A stretch of DNA of 64,000 bases, taken from a virus. The DNA lies in the IMG/VR virus record IMGVR_UViG_3300045007_000250, positions 1 to 64,000 of that record; one strand, given 5' to 3'. Shown piece by piece: positions 8,780-18,351 of this stretch; the first letter of the stretch is position 1; the number at the start of each line of letters is the position of its first letter. The translations under genes and the position numbers were made by a program. Below the pieces are notes generated by a model. It did no database searches, was not told the origin of the DNA, and saw only the letters and a program-made list of their open reading frames with translations.

Positions 8780-9537
8780 GCATGAACGAAGAGAAGTTGG
8801 ATGGTAGCACGGAGCAGACGGTGGGACAGAAGGACCGCCAAGTGCGGGTGATGTGGGACGACGGGAATCCGCCGATGGCGAAGGCGGTATGTGATGTTGA
8901 CGGCACTAACTTGCGCTACCGTGTGGTGTACGACTCCAAGACGGGGTACGAAGAATGGTACGAAGTGGAGCGGCTTCCGTCTGAAGTCTGCCCGTACTGC
9001 CACGGTCGCGGCACCACCGGCACGCTGATACAGCCACGGAAGAAGGGTCTTGCCATTGTCGGAAAGATCGAGGCGGGGCGTGCCGATCTGATCCGCAGGA
9101 CGGTTGTGTGCAAGTGCCTTGGCAAGATTGGAAAACGGGTGCCGAAACCGCTTGTGGTTCCGCCGCGCGCGAAGTTTGATCCGATGGTGGCGTGGGTGAT
9201 TGCCGTGCGCCAGTTGGATCAGGCCGTATCTCACTTCAACACGTCTTGTGCCGTTTCGCAGGGTGAAGTGCCTCTGAGCATCGCGGAGCATGGACCCTTC
9301 TCCACGGCTCCGACCTGCTATGTGCTTGAAACGGAAGGCGGAAAGCCGCTCACCGAGTTTCCTGACAAGGACCGGGTGTTGGCCGTGGAGCAGGCGGTGA
9401 AGCTCGCCAATGACATGCGGGCGATAGTGCCGCCGGAGCAGCGGACGAGTGAGAACTTCACAAAAATGGCCGTGGCGATTCAAATGGCGGAAGCGCGGAT
9501 GCGGTCCGTCAAGCCGCCGGAGACGCCGCCGGGATGA
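8776..9537 (+). CDS. Hypothetical protein (CPYCHG...CKC zinc motif)
   Basis: Overlapping start/stop with both neighbours. Confidence 0.6.
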   Translation: MSMNEEKLDGSTEQTVGQKDRQVRVMWDDGNPPMAKAVCDVDGTNLRYRVVYDSKTGYEEWYEVERLPSEVCPYCHGRGTTGTLIQPRKKGLAIVGKIEAGRADLIRRTVVCKCLGKIGKRVPKPLVVPPRAKFDPMVAWVIAVRQLDQAVSHFNTSCAVSQGEVPLSIAEHGPFSTAPTCYVLETEGGKPLTEFPDKDRVLAVEQAVKLANDMRAIVPPEQRTSENFTKMAVAIQMAEARMRSVKPPETPPG

Positions 9538-10136
9538 CACTTCCCGTCTTCATTTACACGGATGGCTCCTGCTACCCGAATCCGAATGGAGAGGGCGGAT
9601 GGGCCTTCGTATTGAATTGCGGGTCTTGGTGGATGGCGGAGACCGGGTATCTTCCAAGAACGACGAACAACATAGCGGAGTTGGAAGCGGCGGTTCAGGC
9701 GTTGCTGGTTTTAGACGCCGATTTGCTGCGTAAACAGGGGCAAAGCGTCATTCTCACCACCGATTCGGCCTACCTCAAGAACGGAATCACGGATTGGGTG
9801 TGGGGCTGGCAGCGTCGGAGATGGCGGACGCGCACTGGTGCACCGGTGGCGAACGTGAACCTATGGAAGCGGTTGATGGCAGTTTTGGACGACCTGAAAG
9901 GTGTGTTCGTGCAATTCAAGCACGTACCGGGCCACCGCGGTCATACGGAGAATGAAGCAGCCGACTTCTTTGCGAAAACGGCGAGAACTAATCGGTGCGG
10001 TCTGAGCTTGCGTGAGGCGCGGTCTCTTGCTGAGCTTTACGCATGGAGTGGGTTGACACCAAAAGGAGAACATCATGGGTTCCGAAGAAGGGATGGACTC
10101 CAAGGAGCACGCGAAAGCTGTTGCCCGCGCCCGTAG
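9534..10136 (+). CDS. rnhA: Ribonuclease HI
   Basis: IYTDGSC, GGWA, TTNNIAELEA, TDSAY, HVPGHRGHTENEAAD. Confidence 0.93.
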   Translation: MTLPVFIYTDGSCYPNPNGEGGWAFVLNCGSWWMAETGYLPRTTNNIAELEAAVQALLVLDADLLRKQGQSVILTTDSAYLKNGITDWVWGWQRRRWRTRTGAPVANVNLWKRLMAVLDDLKGVFVQFKHVPGHRGHTENEAADFFAKTARTNRCGLSLREARSLAELYAWSGLTPKGEHHGFRRRDGLQGARESCCPRP

Positions 10137-10545
10137 ATACTTCCGCGGTTTTACCCACGGGGCGGGCATGGGGCCGGTGGATGATGATTCGTCGCCGGAG
10201 TACACGCAGGGGTGGCGTGATGGAAGAGCAGCCAAACACCGGGCCGTCAACCGGTTCCGTGCGCGTCTCGGTCTTCCACCGGAAGTGATTGTGCGTCCGA
10301 CCAAGGTGAAGCCGCCAAAGCGTGTGTTTGAGGGGTGGGTACGGTTGGACAGTCTTTCCGTGGGTGATACCTTTGAACCGGCGCGGAATCGGGGGCTAGG
10401 TGCGGGGCTCGTCGGACGGGTGCTGGAAAAACAGCCGAAGGACATGCACCCGAAGCTCCGCCCGTGGGCAATCAGGGTGCAGTTTGAAGGTTGCGATAGT
10501 CCGACCACGCTGGGGCTTTCCACACGAGTTTTACGGAAACCATGA
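10075..10545 (+). CDS. Hypothetical protein
   Basis: AAGGAG RBS; overlaps the rnhA tail. Confidence 0.55.
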   Translation: MGSEEGMDSKEHAKAVARARRYFRGFTHGAGMGPVDDDSSPEYTQGWRDGRAAKHRAVNRFRARLGLPPEVIVRPTKVKPPKRVFEGWVRLDSLSVGDTFEPARNRGLGAGLVGRVLEKQPKDMHPKLRPWAIRVQFEGCDSPTTLGLSTRVLRKP

Positions 10546-11222
10546 TGGGGCGGTATCAGGACTTAGATCAATTCACCCTCTTTCCGATGGATGAAGCCAA
10601 AGTGCGTCGGGAAGGCATTTATCGCGTGCTCTCCGGTGAAGCAGCGGAGCGGGCGGCGCTCAAGATCATTCAAAAGCAGATAGACCCGAACGCCAAACGT
10701 CACCGGCAGGCTCACGGAGCTTTGGTGCCGGACCTGACTTTCTCCTTCATGGGGTACCCGGTGTGGGGGGAAGTGAAGAGCGTCAATATGCCTCACGGTG
10801 ACGTGCTTCTTCGTATGGATCAGCACCACAACTTCGGGTTAGTGGAGCGGGATCACCAGGATGCAAACGTGGCCTACTGTTTCCTGCTTCATCCGCCGGA
10901 TGTGCAAACGATTGCACCGGCTGACTTGGTGGGTTGGTTTTTGGCGCATGGACGGTTGCGCTTGCTTTCTCTGAATGAGGTGGATTGGCGCTTGCATCGG
11001 ACGGGTGCGAGGGCGTACATACAGAAGAGCATGGTAGAAGCCCATGAACGCTACCGGCGGAAGCACAACATTCCAAAGGGTAGGCGGCGTGGGTGGGCGG
11101 CGTATCTCTGGTGGCGTGTGAAAGGAAGCCGGTTCTTTGAGGGGTGGGAAGGAACGGAGTACACTTTTGCCGAGGTTGAATTGCAAGGACGGGCGACGCA
11201 GGAAGCGCAAACCCAAGGGTAA
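10542..11222 (+). CDS. Putative PD-(D/E)xK nuclease
   Basis: GEAAE...VPDLTF...VWGEVKS. Confidence 0.55.
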   Translation: MMGRYQDLDQFTLFPMDEAKVRREGIYRVLSGEAAERAALKIIQKQIDPNAKRHRQAHGALVPDLTFSFMGYPVWGEVKSVNMPHGDVLLRMDQHHNFGLVERDHQDANVAYCFLLHPPDVQTIAPADLVGWFLAHGRLRLLSLNEVDWRLHRTGARAYIQKSMVEAHERYRRKHNIPKGRRRGWAAYLWWRVKGSRFFEGWEGTEYTFAEVELQGRATQEAQTQG

Positions 11223-11676
11223 TTTGGGCCGTTGGACCAACAAACGGGCGGATGGCACGTACATGACTCGCGGGGGAAAGCGCAAGGCCGGGTGGTCCTA
11301 CTGGCGAATGCAGACCTGTCCCCACTGCGGACGGAAGTACCGATACTTCCGTATGGGCATGGCTCGTGAATCCGTGTATGAAAGCCTTTTGTCCGAGCAG
11401 CGTGCGGGGAAAAGAAACCATGTAACCTTGCGGACCTATCTTGGAAAAATGCACGAAATCAAATTGCGAGCGTGGGAAGCTCATGTTACCTTTTGTGAGA
11501 TGAATCAGAAGTATCTTCGCGGTGAAATTACCGACATGGAGATGGAACAGATATTTAGAGATGCCTACTCGCGTGGGGAACTGCCGGGAGAGTTTATCAA
11601 AGGGAGAGGAGGAAGGACGGCATGGCTAGAGGAACAGAAGAAACGCAAAAGGGCGGCGAACGACGTATCATTTTGA
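11137..11676 (+). CDS. Hypothetical basic protein with CPHC motif (start uncertain)
   Basis: ORF track; co-directional. Confidence 0.5.
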   Translation: MRGGKERSTLLPRLNCKDGRRRKRKPKGNLGRWTNKRADGTYMTRGGKRKAGWSYWRMQTCPHCGRKYRYFRMGMARESVYESLLSEQRAGKRNHVTLRTYLGKMHEIKLRAWEAHVTFCEMNQKYLRGEITDMEMEQIFRDAYSRGELPGEFIKGRGGRTAWLEEQKKRKRAANDVSF

Positions 11677-11999
11677 TGGTGGCGTTTTTCCTTGGTGGCG
11701 CGATGCTGTACCTATTCGCCGCGCTTTGCTTCGGCATTCCATTTCTTCTGGTGTACTCCGTGGGGCACTGGCTGGCCGGATGGCAATTTCCGCCGTCTTC
11801 GGTGGGGGGACAGGTGGTGATTTACTGCGTTGGGTGTCTGCACGCAATGACGGTGTACCGTCTATTGGGCATTTACCAAGAAAAACACAAGCAGCACCGT
11901 GCGCAAACCAGTCCTGTCCCTCAGATGCGAGTGCAAAAGCGTGTGGGTGACGCGCTTCTTCGATCTCGGCAGGCACAGGGGGGTCCGCCGGATGCCTAA
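11622..11999 (+). CDS. Small membrane protein (start uncertain)
   Basis: Two hydrophobic segments. Confidence 0.4.
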   Translation: MARGTEETQKGGERRIILMVAFFLGGAMLYLFAALCFGIPFLLVYSVGHWLAGWQFPPSSVGGQVVIYCVGCLHAMTVYRLLGIYQEKHKQHRAQTSPVPQMRVQKRVGDALLRSRQAQGGPPDA

Positions 12000-13080
12000 A
12001 ACATTGAGAAAACATGATGATTTGACTATTGAGAATATAGACCTTCATTGTGGGGATTGTCGGGAAGTTCTCCGTGATTTTCCCGATAATTCCTTTGATT
12101 CCGTGGTGACGGACCCCCCATACGGATTGAGCTTTATGGGCGTAGGGTGGGATCATGGAGTGCCGGGAGTGGTTTTTTGGCGAGAGATTTTGCGCGTAAT
12201 GAAGCCGGGAGCACACCTTCTGGCTTTTGGGGGCACTCGTACTTATCATCGGCTGGCTTGTGCAATAGAGGATGCTGGTTTCGAGATCAGAGATCAGATT
12301 CAATGGCTTTATGGGTCTGGTTTTCCAAAAAGTTTGGACGTTTCAAAAGCGATAGATAAATCCGTTGGCGCAAAGCGGTGGAACGCTAATAACACAGATG
12401 GAGATTATATTTATATGGCCCCGGCCTCCGACGCGGCTAAACAATGGGACGGTTGGGGAACGGCTCTCAAGCCAGCCAATGAGCCTCTTTGCCTTGCCAG
12501 AAAGTTCCTATCCGAGAAAACGGTTGTGGCTAACGTGCTGAAATGGGGAACGGGAGCTTTGAACATAGATGTGTGCAGAATCGCTTACGTGTCGGAGAAG
12601 GACAAGAATGGCGCTACGCCGCAAGGCTCCTGTACGAGCAAGGAATTGGCCGCTATCGGAGCCGAGCCGGATGCGGGCCGTAATCTAAATCGAATAACCT
12701 TTGAAAGACCGGAGCAGAAAGGACGTTGGCCTACCAACGTAATTCACGACGGGTCGAACGATGTTGTTGAAGTCTTTGCTCAAGAGGCGGGGGCTTTGGA
12801 TGTGGAAAATACGCCTAGTCGTTTCTTCTACTGTGCCAAGGCTCCGAAGTCGGAGCGCGGACAGGCAAATACGCATCCCACCGTAAAGCCCGTGGCTTTG
12901 ATGAAATACCTTGTGTCCCTGATTACTCCACCGGGGGGTACGGTTTTGGACCCATTCATGGGAAGCGGTACGACCGGAGTTGCTTGTGCCTGTTTGGGGC
13001 ACTCTTTCTGCGGCATGGACGTGGAGCAAGAGTTTTGCGACATTGCCAGCGTGCGTATAGGCGCTCTTTTTGATGAATAA
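11992..13080 (+). CDS. DNA N6-adenine/N4-cytosine methyltransferase (beta class)
   Basis: DSVVTDPPY near N terminus, HPTVKP, VLDPFMGSGTTG; visibly more AT-rich than flanks. Confidence 0.92.
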   Translation: MPKTLRKHDDLTIENIDLHCGDCREVLRDFPDNSFDSVVTDPPYGLSFMGVGWDHGVPGVVFWREILRVMKPGAHLLAFGGTRTYHRLACAIEDAGFEIRDQIQWLYGSGFPKSLDVSKAIDKSVGAKRWNANNTDGDYIYMAPASDAAKQWDGWGTALKPANEPLCLARKFLSEKTVVANVLKWGTGALNIDVCRIAYVSEKDKNGATPQGSCTSKELAAIGAEPDAGRNLNRITFERPEQKGRWPTNVIHDGSNDVVEVFAQEAGALDVENTPSRFFYCAKAPKSERGQANTHPTVKPVALMKYLVSLITPPGGTVLDPFMGSGTTGVACACLGHSFCGMDVEQEFCDIASVRIGALFDE

Positions 13081-13582
13081 AATCCACGGCGACTTCCTGC
13101 AAACCCCGCCTTCGGTGCTCATGCCGGTGCTTCCCTACTTGAAAACGCGATGGGTGGTGTGGGAATGTGCCGCGGGGGAGGGCTCCTTGGTTCGTGGATT
13201 GACGGATGCGGGTTTCATGGTGATCGGATCGGACGTGGATCAGGGGCAGGATTTCTTGAAGTGGGCACCGGAGAAATTCGATTGCGTCGTGACGCACCCG
13301 CCACACTCTGAGTTGACCCGTTTCCTGGCGCGGGCCTACGAGTTGGACAAGCCATTTGCCCTCCTCATGCCCCTGCACGCTTTGGACACGCCGAAACGAC
13401 AGGCGCTTTTCCGCCGAGGGCTTGAATTGATCCTTTTGCCGGAGCGGGTGTGTTTCTATAAGCCGGGGATGGAGAAGCCGTTGGATCAGTGGATTCTTGC
13501 ATGGTTCACTTGGAGACTGAGAGTAGGGCGGCAACTCACCTTCTATCAAGGTGCGGTGAACATCTACCCGAAAAATCCTTGA
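13070..13582 (+). CDS. Small adenine methyltransferase-like protein with HPPH variant motif
   Basis: VWECAAGEG SAM-binding motif, GQDFL, VVTHPPHS in place of NPP(Y/F). Confidence 0.7.
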   Translation: MMNKIHGDFLQTPPSVLMPVLPYLKTRWVVWECAAGEGSLVRGLTDAGFMVIGSDVDQGQDFLKWAPEKFDCVVTHPPHSELTRFLARAYELDKPFALLMPLHALDTPKRQALFRRGLELILLPERVCFYKPGMEKPLDQWILAWFTWRLRVGRQLTFYQGAVNIYPKNP

Positions 13583-13671
13583 CACCGCAGGGCTTCGAGG
13601 GGGAGCAACGCGGGGCTTAGTCAGCCTCATGTGCCGCGTCACACGATCTTTGAGAGAAAAAAAAAAAATAC

Positions 13672-13700
13672 TTGACACGTCGAATGCGGGGTGTTACGTT
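13672..13700 (+). promoter_or_regulatory. sigma70 promoter preceded by an A12 tract
   Basis: TTGACA-17-TACGTT; A-tract at 13657-13668. Confidence 0.75.
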
Positions 13701-13706
13701 GAAAGT

Positions 13707-13809
13707 GCATTGTTGTAGGAGTGGCCCCCAAGCCACTCGCCCCTTGGTCAAGTGTCCAGTGTCAGGCAGTGCCCGGTGGGGCTGGTCCTCATCGGGCATT
13801 TGCCTTTTT
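13707..13809 (+). ncRNA. Candidate ~100-nt small RNA
   Basis: Lies between promoter 13672 and terminator hairpin 13764-13809; internal hairpin GAGTGGC/GCCACTC; no convincing ORF. Confidence 0.45.
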
Positions 13810-13829
13810 ATGGGAGCGGTATGCGAAAG

Positions 13830-13880
13830 TGCAAGCGCGCGCATTTTTCCATTGACAATCCGTTTTTGACGTGTTAGGTT
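13830..13880 (+). promoter_or_regulatory. sigma70 promoter with degenerate palindromic site upstream
   Basis: TGCAAGCGCGCGCA, 8 bp, then TTGACA-17-TAGGTT. Confidence 0.7.
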
Positions 13881-13909
13881 TCGGATGAACACTTGAACTA
13901 CAAGAGGAC

Positions 13910-15256
13910 ATGACAATGCCAGAAGCGAGAAAAAGACCGAGATGGATGGCCGGAAGGGGCCGCAAGGATATGGCTTCCACAATCCCCCATTCCGTCAGGG
14001 AGCGGGTGACTTCCGAAGAAGCGGGAACCGCGGCGAAGCGTGTCCCCCGTGTCCCGCCGATTGCTTCTGCCAGTACGGACCCGGAGCTTGCGAACCGGTT
14101 TGCGGATTTCCTTATTACTGATATTCAGGATCATCCCGATGAGTACCCCAAATCCGTTGCGGATTTGGGACGGGCCGCGAAGGTCTCCGCCACTTACGTT
14201 CGTTTTCAGGTTGCCAAGCCGGACCTGATTGCTCGTGTACGTGCTGAGACCGGAATGACAATGGAAAGTGATGGTGCGACCGTTACCCTTGATGGTACTC
14301 CGGTAGCACCCCGCACCCCCAGCGGCGAGGGGGTAACGGTGAAAAAGGATGGAGCACGCCCCGATACGTGGCGGGTGCGTCCTATGTCCTCGTCAACGGA
14401 CTCCACGGTGGACCACGACCCCAATTTTTTCCACTATCCGCCGGGTTTCAAGGAGCGTGTTCGGGCCATTCTTGCCGCCGATCTAAACTTGTGGTTTTAC
14501 GGAGAAACCGGCACCGGCAAGTCAGAAGGCTTTGAGCGTATCTGCGAAGAGGATTCGCGCAAGGTAGTCAAGGCGTCCTGCAACGGGGAATCGTCGGTGG
14601 ACGACGTGCTTGGACATTTTATCCTGCGTGGTACGGAAACCGTGTGGGTGGACGGCGCTCTTCCTCTAGCCATGAAGACCGGCGCGGTGCTGATCTGCGA
14701 AGAAGTGGACGCGGCTCCGGCGGAGATCAACCTTGCTCTGCAACGGGCTTTGGAAGTGCGTGTTGGACGTAAACGGCATTTCCTGAATCCGCGCAACGGG
14801 GAGGAAGTTGAAGCGCAGCCGGGCTTCCTGATCGCCGCGACGGCCAACACCAGTGGCGGCGGGGACTACTCCGGTATCTATGCCGGAACGCAGACGCAGA
14901 ATGCGGCCTTCCGAGATCGTTTCGTGTTTATTCAGGTGACGTACCCGGATGAGCCTTCTGAGATCAAGATTCTACAACATCGGGTGAAGGATTTTCCCTT
15001 TACGATTGCACAAAAAGCAGTGCGTCTCGCCAACTACGCCCGTAACGCAATGAAAAACGGGCAAACCTTCACTCCGGTTTCAACACGCTCCCTACTTGGG
15101 TTTGCGCAGTTGTATATGGCTTTCACCACCGGTGGTATTGGGGAGCGTACTTCCTTGCGTGACGCCTTGAATGCCACGATCTTTCACAAGGCGGCTTCCC
15201 CGTCCGATTCCAAGGCCCTCTCCGAGATGGCGCAAAAACTCTTTGGCACCTTCTGA
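13910..15256 (+). CDS. MoxR/CobS/CbbQ-family AAA+ ATPase (start may be 13970)
   Basis: GETGTGKS Walker A, ICEEVD Walker B, ATAN sensor 1, AFRDRF Arg finger, STRSL. Confidence 0.9.
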   Translation: MTMPEARKRPRWMAGRGRKDMASTIPHSVRERVTSEEAGTAAKRVPRVPPIASASTDPELANRFADFLITDIQDHPDEYPKSVADLGRAAKVSATYVRFQVAKPDLIARVRAETGMTMESDGATVTLDGTPVAPRTPSGEGVTVKKDGARPDTWRVRPMSSSTDSTVDHDPNFFHYPPGFKERVRAILAADLNLWFYGETGTGKSEGFERICEEDSRKVVKASCNGESSVDDVLGHFILRGTETVWVDGALPLAMKTGAVLICEEVDAAPAEINLALQRALEVRVGRKRHFLNPRNGEEVEAQPGFLIAATANTSGGGDYSGIYAGTQTQNAAFRDRFVFIQVTYPDEPSEIKILQHRVKDFPFTIAQKAVRLANYARNAMKNGQTFTPVSTRSLLGFAQLYMAFTTGGIGERTSLRDALNATIFHKAASPSDSKALSEMAQKLFGTF

Positions 15257-15262
15257 AAATAC

Positions 15263-15291
15263 TTGACAAGTCTTTTGCGCCGTGTTAGGTT
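15263..15291 (+). promoter_or_regulatory. sigma70 promoter
   Basis: TTGACA-17-TAGGTT. Confidence 0.7.
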
Positions 15292-15326
15292 ATACTTGAC
15301 GTGGCGCTTTGGTTCAGGGAGTGCCC

Positions 15327-17279
15327 ATGACGACAAGGGCAATACAAGTCCTAGAAACGGCGAGCGAAAAAGTTGCACGGATGATGACGGCAACGGGCGT
15401 CACCGTGCAATTTCATCCGAAGTGCACGGTGCCTTGTGCAGACCCCGAAACGCTGTCCATTGTGCTCCCACCGCTGCCTGAAAAGCTGACCGAGGAAGAG
15501 GAAATGAAACTCCGTGGCGCTCTTGACCACGAAGTTGCGCACATCCTCTTTAGCAAGAACAAGGATGGAAAGCCGGAAAACTTGGGCAAGCTGGGGGGAA
15601 CACTAGCCGGGTACTTGTTCAATATCGTGGAAGACGGGCGCGTGAATCGCCTCATTGCCGAAAAATTCATGGGGGCTGGTGAGAATATCTTGGTGGAAGA
15701 ACGGATGATTTTCAGGCATCATGCCGCAGAAGTGGCAACCAAGCGACCTACTTTGTCGGAAAAAGACAGGGTGAACTTGGAGCGATGGATTGCAGTGATG
15801 CGGGCGGTTGAAAAGTACGTTTTTCGGAGCGGGGAAGATGTCACGACTCCGCTGGGGCCGTCTCGCTTTGATGCGACCCTTCCTGCTTCCCTGAAAGCTC
15901 GTCTTGAAGCCGTGGCGACCTTAGAAGACGCCAAGGAGTGTGCGGACCCTATCAAGGTGTGGCTTTTCGGCAATCCTGATGAAGCCAAAAAAACCAAAAG
16001 CGACGCCCGCAAAGACGCGGGGAAGACCAAATCCGACAAACGCGGCTCCGGTTCAGGCAAACCAGACCCTTCCAAGGGGTTTGAGGAGCCGGAGAAGGAT
16101 GCAAAGGAGGAAGCCGGAGACAACAAAGCCGTGGAGGAAGAGAAGAAAGAAGCAGGGGGTAAGAACAAAGAGGAAAAGAAAGAAAAACCGGAAGCAAAGA
16201 GCGATTTAGAAGACGGTGAAGGCTTCGAGGAAAAAGATACCGATAGGGATGGTGAGTTATTTGGGGAAGATGACGAAGAAAACGTCGGCGCTCTTGTCGC
16301 AGTTATGATGGAAGGGGAAGCGGATAAGGCGGAGTTCCTAGAGATTTCCGTTGATGCCTTCCGGGGGGAGACCCGGTACTACGTGGACACGTCAACGGAT
16401 GCGGAAGTCCATGTGAGGGACGTTGCCAAGTATAGTTGGCGGGACGGAATGATTGACCCGGAGGCCCTCATTGAAGGGAAGCGTCTTTTCTCTGGCTTGG
16501 TGGACAAGGTGGCGGCTCTCCGTGGGCGACTCATTATGGACCTTCAAAGCATCGGAAGAAAATGGGAGCGCCATCTTGAGACCGGTATCTTGGATACCCG
16601 CGCTCTTCATCGTCCATTCGTCGGTGATCCGCGGATGTTCGCCAACCGGGTCAAAAGGGAAAAAATCCATACGGCGGTTACGCTGCTTCAAGACTGCTCA
16701 AGTTCCATGCACGGAAAAAAGTTCAACACGTCCATTCAGCTTGCCGCCCTCTTCTGCGATGCGTTAGAGATGGCAAACGTACCGTGTGAAGTGCTTGGTT
16801 TTACTACGCATTATAATGCACGTCCCACGTTTGGCATTCGCCATGAATCCTTGCTTCATGTCGTTTTCAAGAGTTTCCAAGAGCGGGCTTGGTCGCACCG
16901 GAATGACTGGTATGCAATGAATGACCTGCTAGGTCAGAATGTGGACGGGGAAGGTGTGCTTTGGGCGGCAAAGCGGCTTGTGGTGCGGCCTGAGCGCCGG
17001 AAGGTGCTTTTTGTACTCTCCGATGGTATCCCGATGGCGATGGTTGATGGGCGTGGGACTGGTGGTGTTTACATTCTTCACTCCCACCTGAGAGAATCAG
17101 TCCGGGCGGCGGAGTTGGCCGGGATCGAGGTGATCGGTGTGGGGATCAGGACGGATGCACCCCGGTATTTCTACCGGAAGCATGTTGTTTACGATAGCCT
17201 TGGCGATTTGATGACGGGCTTCTACTCCGGGGTAGCTTCCCTACTTAGAGGGGGTCCGGGCTTGCCGATGGCCGTGTGA
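15327..17279 (+). CDS. CobT-like protein: HExxH domain, charged linker, VWA domain
   Basis: LDHEVAH, NIVEDGRV, MIDAS DCSSSM, VLSDG; adjacent to the AAA+ ATPase. Confidence 0.88.
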   Translation: MTTRAIQVLETASEKVARMMTATGVTVQFHPKCTVPCADPETLSIVLPPLPEKLTEEEEMKLRGALDHEVAHILFSKNKDGKPENLGKLGGTLAGYLFNIVEDGRVNRLIAEKFMGAGENILVEERMIFRHHAAEVATKRPTLSEKDRVNLERWIAVMRAVEKYVFRSGEDVTTPLGPSRFDATLPASLKARLEAVATLEDAKECADPIKVWLFGNPDEAKKTKSDARKDAGKTKSDKRGSGSGKPDPSKGFEEPEKDAKEEAGDNKAVEEEKKEAGGKNKEEKKEKPEAKSDLEDGEGFEEKDTDRDGELFGEDDEENVGALVAVMMEGEADKAEFLEISVDAFRGETRYYVDTSTDAEVHVRDVAKYSWRDGMIDPEALIEGKRLFSGLVDKVAALRGRLIMDLQSIGRKWERHLETGILDTRALHRPFVGDPRMFANRVKREKIHTAVTLLQDCSSSMHGKKFNTSIQLAALFCDALEMANVPCEVLGFTTHYNARPTFGIRHESLLHVVFKSFQERAWSHRNDWYAMNDLLGQNVDGEGVLWAAKRLVVRPERRKVLFVLSDGIPMAMVDGRGTGGVYILHSHLRESVRAAELAGIEVIGVGIRTDAPRYFYRKHVVYDSLGDLMTGFYSGVASLLRGGPGLPMAV

Positions 17280-17289
17280 GGAAGACTGC

Positions 17290-18351
17290 ATGAGGTTGTG
17301 CCTTGTGCCGGATACACTGACCGGGGTAAAGCCGGTGACGGCACAAGTGTATCTGCTCATGGCATCCCGAACCAACGAGTACGGGGTGTCCTGCATTTCC
17401 CAGGGGGAGATTGCCAAGACCTTGCGAATAAGCGAACGCACGGCCAAGCGTTGCACCGGGGAACTTGAAGACCTTGGAATGATTCGGCATGTTGGCCGGG
17501 GTAGATGGGAGACGGCTGTGGGAGTGTTCTACTCGAAAAACCGGGCGGCGGGCTACCGAAAGCGAGAGGGGACGAAAGGTGACGCCCGTGACACCTTTGG
17601 GGGGAAAGGTGACACCCATGACCCGTTACAAGTAGTCAGTAAAAAATTTCCTACTTTGAATGTACTTGGTACGAATAATGCTAATATACTAGCTGCGGGC
17701 CACCCATGTCACCTTTCGGGCCAAAAGGTGCCACCCATGTCACCTTTCATGTTTTCCGCGGAGTTGAACATGGCTTTGAATCTCAAAACAGTGGTGCAAT
17801 CCTTCACTCCTGGTGCTCCCCCGGCGGATCAGAAGAAGGATACCGAGAAGAAGTTGTTTTCCCGATCTGATACGGGGCAGTTTGCCGCAAGAGAGACGGA
17901 ATTGGATGCCTTGCCGGTGGAGCGATGGACGGTGGGGAATTTCGCCTCATATTGGCGGCAGCGGTACTATGCTCTCTACCCGAACGAGGGGCGGGTGCCT
18001 GCGGACGTGTTGATTGGGCGCAAGGGATTCGGGCAGTTGAAGAAGCTGCTTGGGCGCTTGGGCGACTCCCGGATGACGGAAGAGGACTCCCTTGCCGAAG
18101 CCCGGCAGAAGTTACGTGCGCTCCTGGACCATTTTTTCGACAATGCGCCGCGGATCATGGCTGGTCTTGGGTTGACAGGTCGGCCTTTTCCCGGCTTGTT
18201 GGTGGGGTGGCAGGCGTCCATTGAGGAAGACATGAGGGGGACCAAGCGCATTTCCCCGCGAGTGGCGACGGCGATGGATGAGGAGTGTCCGGGCGGGGAC
18301 AGTGACGATCACGGCTTGGCTGGCGTTGAGGATTTTCTGAATGACGAATGA
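17290..18351 (+). CDS. HTH replication initiator (lambda O-like organisation)
   Basis: N-terminal HTH (SQGEIAKTLRISERTAKRCTGELEDLG); internal iterons; upstream of loader and helicase. Confidence 0.7.
   Translation: MRLCLVPDTLTGVKPVTAQVYLLMASRTNEYGVSCISQGEIAKTLRISERTAKRCTGELEDLGMIRHVGRGRWETAVGVFYSKNRAAGYRKREGTKGDARDTFGGKGDTHDPLQVVSKKFPTLNVLGTNNANILAAGHPCHLSGQKVPPMSPFMFSAELNMALNLKTVVQSFTPGAPPADQKKDTEKKLFSRSDTGQFAARETELDALPVERWTVGNFASYWRQRYYALYPNEGRVPADVLIGRKGFGQLKKLLGRLGDSRMTEEDSLAEARQKLRALLDHFFDNAPRIMAGLGLTGRPFPGLLVGWQASIEEDMRGTKRISPRVATAMDEECPGGDSDDHGLAGVEDFLNDE
17574..17748. repeat. Putative replication origin: four iterons around an AT-rich core
   Basis: GAAAGGTGAC at 17574 and 17604; GCCACCCATGTCACCTTTC at 17699 and 17730; AT-rich 17626-17692. 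Confidence 0.75.

Noticed and set aside
13579-13610. TTGACA as another promoter
   Set aside because: No -10 element at 16-18 bp spacing
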